From Candidatus Nanohaloarchaea archaeon (GTDB taxonomy: Archaea; Nanohalarchaeota; Nanosalinia; Nanosalinales; Nanosalinaceae), in NCBI GenBank assembly GCA_042218075.1, contig JBDGRK010000039.1:1-23844 (forward strand): 23,844 bases of DNA, written 5' to 3'. The notes under the pieces are model-generated. The model had not been told where the DNA came from. It searched no databases and was given only the letters and a program-made list of their open reading frames with translations. Each line of letters starts with the position of its first letter. Positions within the stretch are counted from its first letter, which is position 1. This document shows, in pieces, positions 16,850 to 23,844 of this stretch. Made by a program: the position numbers and the translations under genes.

Positions 16850-17629
16850 ATGAAAGGCGTGATTCTGGCGGGCGGAACAGGTTCAAGGCTGATGCCCTCG
16901 ACCAAGGTGACAAACAAGCACCTGCTGCCTGTATACGACAGGCCGATGATCTACTACCCCCTCGACACTTTAGGCAAGGCAGGTATAGACGATGTGCTGA
17001 TAATCTCAGGTCAGGGACACGCGGGCGACTTCCTTGAACTTTTGGGAGACGGCTCGGATATCCCGACAGAGAGGAAGGGAAGAGAGCTGGAGTTTAACTT
17101 TGACGGGGAGATAACCTACAAGATACAGAAAGAACCCCTCGGCATCGCTCACGCGCTCAGCCTGGCGGATGATTTCATAGAGCCGGGAGAGAAGTTCGTG
17201 GTGATACTCGGGGACAACATCTACGGCGGCGATCCATCCGACCAGATAAAATCCTTCGAGGAAAGCGATTTCGAGGCACAGGTGTTCCTGAAGGAGGTGG
17301 AGGATCCGCAGAGATTCGGGAATCCCAGGGTCGAGGGAGACAGGATCACCCACATTGAGGAAAAACCCGACGAACCCCACTCGGAGTACGCCATAACCGG
17401 GCTCTACGGCTTCTACAACGATGAAGAAAACAGTCTTTTCAAGCATATTGAAACTCTTGAGCCCTCGGACAGGGGAGAGTACGAGATAACTGACATCCTG
17501 AGGTGGTACCAGGAGAGAGCAACTATGACATTCGAGGAGATGGACATGTTCTGGACGGACGCAGGAAAACCCGGAGCTCTGCTAGAAGCCAGCAACTTCA
17601 TGAAGAGAAAGTTTGAGCGGGAAGAATGA
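16850..17629 (+). CDS. rmlA: Glucose-1-phosphate thymidylyltransferase (short RmlA/SpsI type)
   Basis: Motifs GVILAGGTGSRL, KHLLPVYDRPMIYYP, LGDN, EEKP, SDRGEYEITD and WTDAG. Confidence 0.9.
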   Translation: MKGVILAGGTGSRLMPSTKVTNKHLLPVYDRPMIYYPLDTLGKAGIDDVLIISGQGHAGDFLELLGDGSDIPTERKGRELEFNFDGEITYKIQKEPLGIAHALSLADDFIEPGEKFVVILGDNIYGGDPSDQIKSFEESDFEAQVFLKEVEDPQRFGNPRVEGDRITHIEEKPDEPHSEYAITGLYGFYNDEENSLFKHIETLEPSDRGEYEITDILRWYQERATMTFEEMDMFWTDAGKPGALLEASNFMKRKFEREE

Positions 17630-18984
17630 ACATAGTTCTTCTTGTCGCTGACACTCTCAGGGCCAGGAACCTATCGATGTACGGCCACTCGAAGCAGGTC
17701 ATGCCGTTTGTGTCGCAGCTTGAAGAGAAGATAGTGGTCGATAACTACTACTCCAACTCCCCGTGGACACTGCCGGCCCACGCCACAATATTCACCGGCG
17801 AACTACCCTCGGAGCATGGATTTACCACGCAGAACACTTTCTTCGACAAGGACAACGAACTGATCGAATCACTGAAAGAGCAGGGGTTTGAAACCTTCGG
17901 TCTCAGCGAGAACAGCCTGATCTCGGAATCCTTAGGCTTTGGAGAGGAGTTCGACTACTTCTGGTCAGACGCTCCCGAACAGGAGGAAGGAGAGACCTGG
18001 AGAGAGGTCTGGGACAAGGACCTCGAGTACGGAAGCAGGCTGGAAAAGTACAGCGACTTCTTCAGTAAAGCTCTGCGGAGAGGCGACACGGAGTCGATGA
18101 AGACCTTCTTCAGGCATCTCAGGCGGAAGCTGAAAACTGATTCAGAGGACTACAACCCGACCGAGTCAGATCACACGATAAGAGAGGCGCAGAAGATACT
18201 GGAAAAAGGCGAGGACAGATTCCTCTTCGTTAACCTGATGGCGGCACACGCAGCCTACACATTCAACGAGGATCAGAAGGATCGATTCCTGGCAGATGTC
18301 TCAAGAGAGGACATACTAAAGGCGACCTCCTTCAAATCCATTGACGGCATGCTGGAGATGGAGGAAGTTACCGAGAGAGACTTTGAGATCAGGGAAAAGG
18401 CGTACGAGGCCTCCATAAATTACGTTGATAAACTGGTAGAAGAACTTTATAAGGAGGCGCCTGAAGACACTGTATTCCTGCTTGTCGGCGACCACGGCGA
18501 GCTTATAGGGGAGTACGAGAAGCATGGAGTAAGGCTGGTGGATCACCACTTCGGCACTTTCAAGGAAGTAATAGAAGTTCCACTGGTAATATTCGGGAAG
18601 AAAGATATCTCAGATCTTGAGCAGAAGTTTACCGCTGAAAAGCTCTACTCTCACGTGGATCTCTTCCGTCTTATCAGAGACATGGCCGGAAAAGAGGAAA
18701 GCGAGATTGGAGGAGAGCTGGCAAAAGTCGAGTACTATGGCCGGTCAGGTTTCAACAGGCAATTCAATCATGAAATAAAAGAAGGATACAGGCAGCTATA
18801 CGACCGAAAATCATTCTCAATGATAGACCCTGATTTTAAGTACGACCTTGCTTCGGACGGAGAATTCCTGTGGGAAAGAACGGGAGCAACAGAGAATGAG
18901 AACCTTATAGAGAAAGAGGAAGTTCCAGAGAAACTCAGCCAGAAGATGGACATACTCTACAGCTGGAGGATGGATTCGGACTAA
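17626..18984 (+). CDS. Sulfatase-like AlkP hydrolase/transferase (Thr at the nucleophile position)
   Basis: Motifs VADTLRA, SPWTLPAHATIFTG (no C/S-x-P-x-R motif), NLMAAH, VGDHGE and DHH. Its start overlaps the rmlA stop (ATGA). Confidence 0.85.
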   Translation: MNIVLLVADTLRARNLSMYGHSKQVMPFVSQLEEKIVVDNYYSNSPWTLPAHATIFTGELPSEHGFTTQNTFFDKDNELIESLKEQGFETFGLSENSLISESLGFGEEFDYFWSDAPEQEEGETWREVWDKDLEYGSRLEKYSDFFSKALRRGDTESMKTFFRHLRRKLKTDSEDYNPTESDHTIREAQKILEKGEDRFLFVNLMAAHAAYTFNEDQKDRFLADVSREDILKATSFKSIDGMLEMEEVTERDFEIREKAYEASINYVDKLVEELYKEAPEDTVFLLVGDHGELIGEYEKHGVRLVDHHFGTFKEVIEVPLVIFGKKDISDLEQKFTAEKLYSHVDLFRLIRDMAGKEESEIGGELAKVEYYGRSGFNRQFNHEIKEGYRQLYDRKSFSMIDPDFKYDLASDGEFLWERTGATENENLIEKEEVPEKLSQKMDILYSWRMDSD

Positions 18985-19029
18985 AACTTGATTCTTTTAT
19001 CTTTACCCTGCAATTGTGCATTATAATCC

Positions 19030-20226
19030 ATGAAAAAGGTGCTCTTCACCAAATCCCGGAACGACTATATCCACAAGCTTCACAGGAATTTCATCGAAAA
19101 TCCTGTAGAAGGGTTCAAATACGTTGACATTGATGGAAATAATTTCAACACCGATAAACCTGATGAGGAAGAAGATACAGAAGAGGTTAAAGGTGAGAAT
19201 CAGTTTATCGACACTCTCGTGGACAGAATCTACACCTTCACAAAGAGCAGCGGTCTGCTGATCTATCTTCAGAAGTTCTGGAGTGGGAGGAAGTACGTTG
19301 ACAGGATAGACAGCTCTGATCCTGACATCGTTTACGGTCTGAACGGCCAGTACTACTTCGGCGACAGGCCCTGGATCGTTGATTTTGAAGACGCCATGGT
19401 TTTCGCCGGCCACAACCGCTCCGCACTGAAGTACAGGAAACTCATGAAGAAAAGCTTCGAGAGAGAAAACTGCAAAGCTATAATTGCCTATTCGGAGACG
19501 GACAGGAGATCCTTCCTCGAATTATTTGGAGAAGAACTGGAGGAAAAAGTTCACGTCTCTCATAACGTTGTGCAGCAACCGGAAAACAATCAGAATATCG
19601 ATAGTGAAGGATTCAAGCTTCTCTTCACCGGTTCAGCCAATATAGAGGATGATTTCTACATGAGAGGCGGAAGGGAAGCGCTGAGAGCCTTCAAGAAGTT
19701 CAACGAAAAGCATCCTGACTCGGAGCTAATAATCAGGTCAAAAATACCGGAGGAGGAGAAGCACCTAATCGAGGACAATTCAATCCGGGTGATAGAGGAT
19801 ATAATACCTAAAGAAGAATTTGAGAATCTTTTCAGAAAAAGTGACGTGTATCTCCATCCTTCCTACAAGGGATGTGCTCTTTCCATTCCGGAGGCGATGA
19901 GTTTCGGTTTACCGATAGTGGGCAGCGACGTAGTTGAGAACGACGAATACATAGAGAGCGGGGTAAACGGCTACAAGGCAAGAGCCGACCATGTAAAATA
20001 CATATCGGAAGGCATACCGACCTACTACGGGAAGGGAGAACTACCCGGCTTGAACCAGAAGTTTATAGATAGATTAGCGTCTAAGATAGAGAAAATCTAT
20101 CAGAATCCGGAGAAAAGGAAGAAAATGAGGCATAACAATATAGAAAAGTCCAGGGAGATGTTTTCCATAGAGGCCAAGAAAAGAAAGTTAGAGGAAGTAT
20201 TTGAGAAATCACTCCAAAATGATTAG
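19030..20226 (+). CDS. Glycosyltransferase, GT4 family
   Basis: Motif SDVYLHPS...IPEAMSFGLPIVGSD...GVNG. Confidence 0.88.
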   Translation: MKKVLFTKSRNDYIHKLHRNFIENPVEGFKYVDIDGNNFNTDKPDEEEDTEEVKGENQFIDTLVDRIYTFTKSSGLLIYLQKFWSGRKYVDRIDSSDPDIVYGLNGQYYFGDRPWIVDFEDAMVFAGHNRSALKYRKLMKKSFERENCKAIIAYSETDRRSFLELFGEELEEKVHVSHNVVQQPENNQNIDSEGFKLLFTGSANIEDDFYMRGGREALRAFKKFNEKHPDSELIIRSKIPEEEKHLIEDNSIRVIEDIIPKEEFENLFRKSDVYLHPSYKGCALSIPEAMSFGLPIVGSDVVENDEYIESGVNGYKARADHVKYISEGIPTYYGKGELPGLNQKFIDRLASKIEKIYQNPEKRKKMRHNNIEKSREMFSIEAKKRKLEEVFEKSLQND

Positions 20227-20257
20227 GTAATTAATAATATCTGAGGAACTAATAATC

Positions 20258-21322
20258 ATGAAAAAAGCTTTAATTACAGGAATCACGGGGCAAGACGGGT
20301 CATACTTGGCCGAATTACTATTAGATAAAGGATACGAAGTTCACGGAATAATCAGAAGATCATCTACATTTAACACAGCAAGAATAGATCACATATTTCA
20401 AGATCCGCACGAAGATGATTATAAATTAAGACTTCATTACGGAAATTTGACAGATAGCAGTAGAATTTCCAGACTGGTAGAGGAAATTGAACCTGACGAG
20501 ATATACAATCTGGCTGCCCAGAGCCATGTAAAGACATCCTTTGAACAGCCAGAGCATACAGCCAATATAAACTCTCTTGGAGCTCTCAGACTTTTGGATT
20601 CCATCAAAAAATCGGGAATAGAAACAAAGTTCTATCAGGCATCTACCAGCGAGCTATATGGTGATGTGAGAGAGATGCCTCAGGACGAAGATACACCTTT
20701 TCGCCCTAGAAGCCCTTACGCTACTTCAAAACTGGCTGCTTATTGGAATACAGTGAATTATCGCGAATCCTATGACATTTTTGCCTGTAACGGGATTCTC
20801 TTTAACCATGAATCACCTAGAAGAGGAAAAAGATTTGTAACTAGAAAGATAACTCGTGCTGCTGCCCGTATAAAAGCAGGTTTACAGGATAAAACATATC
20901 TGGGAAATCTGGATGCTAAAAGAGACTGGGGTTATGCTCCGGAATATGTAAGAGCTATGTGGATGATGTTGAACAAAACAGAGGAACCTAAAGATCTGGT
21001 AATTGCAACAGGTGAAACCCACACTGTTAGGGAATTTGCAGAACTAGCATTCAATCGTGCAGGATTCGAACTACAATGGGAAGGGGAAGGTATTGATGAA
21101 AGAGGAATAGATAAAGATACAGGGAAGACATTAGTGGAAGTCGACAGCAATTACTTCAGACCATCTGAAGTAGAAGTTCTAAAAGGAGATGCCTCGAAGG
21201 CGAAGAAGGAGATCGGCTGGGAACCAGAAACAGATTTCAAAGAGTTAGTAAACAAAATGGTTGATCAAGATATTAAAACAATAGAAAACAAAGGAGAAGC
21301 TTTCCTAGATTACCTAACCTAG
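20258..21322 (+). CDS. gmd: GDP-mannose 4,6-dehydratase
   Basis: Motifs [46 protein letters not shown] and RDWGYA. Confidence 0.97.
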   Translation: MKKALITGITGQDGSYLAELLLDKGYEVHGIIRRSSTFNTARIDHIFQDPHEDDYKLRLHYGNLTDSSRISRLVEEIEPDEIYNLAAQSHVKTSFEQPEHTANINSLGALRLLDSIKKSGIETKFYQASTSELYGDVREMPQDEDTPFRPRSPYATSKLAAYWNTVNYRESYDIFACNGILFNHESPRRGKRFVTRKITRAAARIKAGLQDKTYLGNLDAKRDWGYAPEYVRAMWMMLNKTEEPKDLVIATGETHTVREFAELAFNRAGFELQWEGEGIDERGIDKDTGKTLVEVDSNYFRPSEVEVLKGDASKAKKEIGWEPETDFKELVNKMVDQDIKTIENKGEAFLDYLT

Positions 21323-22566
21323 TGATAAAAATGGAAGAAGACCCTCTAGATTCAGTTTTGGAAAAATACTTTGATAATATAGGAACGGAAGAGCAAAACT
21401 ACATTATACCTCTAACTTCTTCAAGCCCTTTCACTAGAGAAGACCTTAAATCTGCGATTAAAACCCTTCTCTCCGGATATGTTACACAAGGAGAGAAGGT
21501 AAAAAGATTTGAGGAAAAGTTCGCAGATTACCTCGATGTAGAACATGCAATAATGGTTAATTCAGGTTCTAGCGCCAATCTCCTAGCACTTAAAACTCTG
21601 ACAGACAGCAATTACTCTAATAATGTAGAAAAGGGAAAGGTGCTAACTCCAGCAGTAACTTGGTCAACTACAATCTTTCCAATACATCAATCTGGTCTAA
21701 CTCCAAAGCTAGTAGATATAGATCTAGGCAGCTATACTCTAGATATTCAGACTCTAGAGGAAAATATTGACGATGCCACTGTTGGTATAATGCCAGTTCA
21801 CTTACTAGGGAACCCATGTAACATGGACCAAATAACAAGGTTGGCGGAGAGAAATGATCTCTTTATTTTAGAAGACTGCTGTGAAGCTCATGGTGCGGAA
21901 TGGAAATCAAATAAGGTCGGAAGCATAGGGGATATAGGCACATTTAGCTTCTATTTCTCACACCACATGACAACTATAGAAGGCGGTATTTTGGTCACTG
22001 ATAACGATGAAATCGCTCAAATAGCTAAATCGATTAGAGCACACGGATGGATCAAAGATAGAGATGATAAAGAAGAAATAGCCCAAAAATACCCAGAATT
22101 GGACAGCAGATTTCTTTTTGTCACAGAAGGTTATAATCTAAGGTCTACAGAGATAAACGCTGCCTTAGGCCTTAAACAACTTGATAGAATATCGGAGAAT
22201 ATAGAGAAAAGGCGAGAAATAGCAAGATACTGGAATAAAGAGATAGAGCAGAGATTTAGTAAGGAGGTAATACTGAATGAACAGCAGGAAAATGGCCTAC
22301 ATTCATGGTTTGCATATCCTATTGTTCTTAGAGATAGCAAGAAAAAAGAAGTAGTAGAGACATTGGAAGAAGAAGGTATAGAAACTAGACCTATAGTTGC
22401 GGGCAATATAGCTGAGCAACCTTGTATGGAAAGCATAAAGCATGAGAAAACTTCTCTAAAAAACGCCGAAAAAGTTATGGAAGACGGCTTCTATGTCGGC
22501 CTTCACAAAGATATAGAAAAACCAGAAGCCTTAATAAATGCTCTAAAAAAGGCGTTCAGGAAATAA
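21322..22566 (+). CDS. colD: PLP-dependent GDP-4-keto-6-deoxy-D-mannose 3-dehydratase (DegT family)
   Basis: Motifs MVNSGSSANLL, EDCCEAHG and FSFYFSHHMTTIEGG (His where the Schiff-base Lys normally sits). There is no Fe-S Cys cluster. It lies between gmd and an fcl-like reductase. Confidence 0.8.
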   Translation: MIKMEEDPLDSVLEKYFDNIGTEEQNYIIPLTSSSPFTREDLKSAIKTLLSGYVTQGEKVKRFEEKFADYLDVEHAIMVNSGSSANLLALKTLTDSNYSNNVEKGKVLTPAVTWSTTIFPIHQSGLTPKLVDIDLGSYTLDIQTLEENIDDATVGIMPVHLLGNPCNMDQITRLAERNDLFILEDCCEAHGAEWKSNKVGSIGDIGTFSFYFSHHMTTIEGGILVTDNDEIAQIAKSIRAHGWIKDRDDKEEIAQKYPELDSRFLFVTEGYNLRSTEINAALGLKQLDRISENIEKRREIARYWNKEIEQRFSKEVILNEQQENGLHSWFAYPIVLRDSKKKEVVETLEEEGIETRPIVAGNIAEQPCMESIKHEKTSLKNAEKVMEDGFYVGLHKDIEKPEALINALKKAFRK

Positions 22567-22577
22567 CCAGATAAAAA

Positions 22578-23516
22578 ATGAGACTTGAAGACAAGAAAAT
22601 ACTAATAACTGGAAGCCATGGTTTCCTTGGCTCTTTCGTATATGAGGAGTTTTTATCTAGAGGTATTAAAGAAGAAAACATAGCAAGACCCAGATCATTC
22701 GAGTATGACCTGCGCTTCAGGGAGAACTGTAGGGAAGTCGTGGAAGATCGAGATATTGTTATACACTTGGCGGCTAATGTAGGTGGAATAGGTTACAACA
22801 AGAAACATCCTGGAGACGTTTTTTACGACAATGCAACTATGAATATCAATATGATGGAGGAAGCCAGAAAGGCAGGAGTAGAAAAATATGTTGCTATCGG
22901 AACAGTTTGTTCCTATCCCAAAGAGATTTCAGCGCCATTTCAGGAAGAAGATATTTGGGAAGGCTATCCAGAAGAAACAAATGCTCCCTATGGAATAGCA
23001 AAGAGGTTACAAATTGTGCAATCCAAGGCTTACAGGGATCAGCATGGATTTAACGGAATTAATTTAATTTTAGAGAATCTCTACGGCCCCAGAGATAACT
23101 TCGATCCTGAAGAGTCACATGTCATTCCTGCTCTAATGAGAAAAATGCATGAGGCCAAGAGAAAAAATAAAGATAACGTGGTTGTATGGGGAACAGGAAA
23201 ACCGACGAGAGAGTTTCTGTATGTAAGGGATGCTGCAGAAGCTATTGTAGAGGCTACAGAGAAGCGGGAAAAAGCAGATCCTGTGAATATAGGTTCCGGA
23301 GAAGAAGTATCAATAAAAGAACTTGTAAATTATCTAATTGAAGTGACAGGATTTTCAGGAGATATAAAATATGATACAACTAAGCCAGACGGCCAACCTA
23401 GAAGAAAATTTGATGTCTCAAAAGCAAAGGAGGAATTTGGTTTTGAAGCTAAAACATCTCTTAAGGAAGGGCTCAAAAAAACTTACGAATGGTATAAAAA
23501 TAATAAGGATGATTAG
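22578..23516 (+). CDS. fcl: GDP-L-fucose synthase-family epimerase/reductase (probably ColC, GDP-L-colitose synthase)
   Basis: Motifs HLAANVGGI, GTVCSYPK, NAPYGIAK, NLYGPRDNF, SHVIPAL, WGTGKPTREFL and KPDGQPR. Confidence 0.9.
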   Translation: MRLEDKKILITGSHGFLGSFVYEEFLSRGIKEENIARPRSFEYDLRFRENCREVVEDRDIVIHLAANVGGIGYNKKHPGDVFYDNATMNINMMEEARKAGVEKYVAIGTVCSYPKEISAPFQEEDIWEGYPEETNAPYGIAKRLQIVQSKAYRDQHGFNGINLILENLYGPRDNFDPEESHVIPALMRKMHEAKRKNKDNVVVWGTGKPTREFLYVRDAAEAIVEATEKREKADPVNIGSGEEVSIKELVNYLIEVTGFSGDIKYDTTKPDGQPRRKFDVSKAKEEFGFEAKTSLKEGLKKTYEWYKNNKDD

Positions 23517-23518
23517 GA

Positions 23519-23535
23519 ATCAGAAGTTTTCTGAT
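23519..23535. terminator. Short hairpin between convergent genes
   Basis: ATCAGAA-GTT-TTCTGAT is a perfect 7-bp inverted repeat between the stops at 23516 and 23546. Confidence 0.4.
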
Positions 23536-23545
23536 AATATAATAT

Positions 23546-23844
23546 CTATCTGTATATCTCAATATACTGTTTCATAACTTCACCCCAGTCAAAGTTTCTC
23601 TCCGCGTAGGATCTGATATCATCTGTATCGTAAGCTCCATCCTTCAGCTCCTCAATGCCCGATTCAAGCTCTCTTTCAGTGTAATCCGTATCTATTCTCA
23701 CACCGCAGTAATCCGGTATCTCCGTTCCAAGTCCTGTATCGGTGGCGAGAACCGGCTTCCCGCAAGATAACGCTTCCGCCCACACAAGACCGAAACCCTC
23801 GCTCCTGCTCGGGAGGATCACACCTTTCGACCTTCCGATCAGCT
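23546..23844 (-). CDS. Glycosyltransferase, GT4 family (C-terminal part, truncated by the window edge)
   Basis: Motifs ILPSRSEGFGLVWAEALSCGKPVLATD and FDWGEV. Confidence 0.88.
   Translation of the reverse strand, partial: LIGRSKGVILPSRSEGFGLVWAEALSCGKPVLATDTGLGTEIPDYCGVRIDTDYTERELESGIEELKDGAYDTDDIRSYAERNFDWGEVMKQYIEIYR

Noticed and set aside
21322-22566. Perosamine synthase or CDP-sugar E1 dehydrase call
   Set aside because: It lacks the Schiff-base Lys needed for an aminotransferase and the Fe-S cysteine cluster of E1. The GDP-sugar context favours ColD.
1-23844. CRISPR array, rRNA, transposase or integrase
   Set aside because: I saw no regularly spaced repeats, rRNA-like sequence or recombinase motifs, and nearly all of the window is explained by CDSs.

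Overview
This window looks like an archaeal cell-surface glycosylation locus. The proteins are strongly acidic and most genes appear leaderless, with TATA-like boxes about 24-35 nt upstream of the start codon. That suggests a halophilic archaeon, possibly Nanohaloarchaeota or another DPANN lineage, though this is inference. The locus encodes a Wzx/AglR-type flippase, four GT4 and two GT2 glycosyltransferases (one GT2 frameshifted, one GT4 cut by the window edge), and a divergently arranged dTDP-L-rhamnose set (rmlB, rmlC, rmlD, rmlA). It also has an AT-rich gmd-colD-colC/fcl cassette (probable GDP-colitose pathway), five apparently cytoplasmic alkaline-phosphatase (AlkP) superfamily enzymes, two HPr-kinase-like P-loop proteins and three small ribbon-helix-helix (RHH) proteins. 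Four signals stand out. (1) Four divergent AlkP enzymes end in the same acidic hexapeptide, [VI][ED][DG][IV][ED][IV]-COOH, while the LxxLGY tail often seen on such enzymes sits on two adjacent RHH mini-proteins. (2) An unannotated, highly structured ~90-nt RNA with its own promoter converges on a frameshifted DQSG (DUF3800/RNase H-like) gene. (3) The colitose cassette is bounded by a 9-bp direct repeat. (4) Two RHH promoters carry perfect operator-like palindromes. All calls come from motif recognition by eye; no searches were run.
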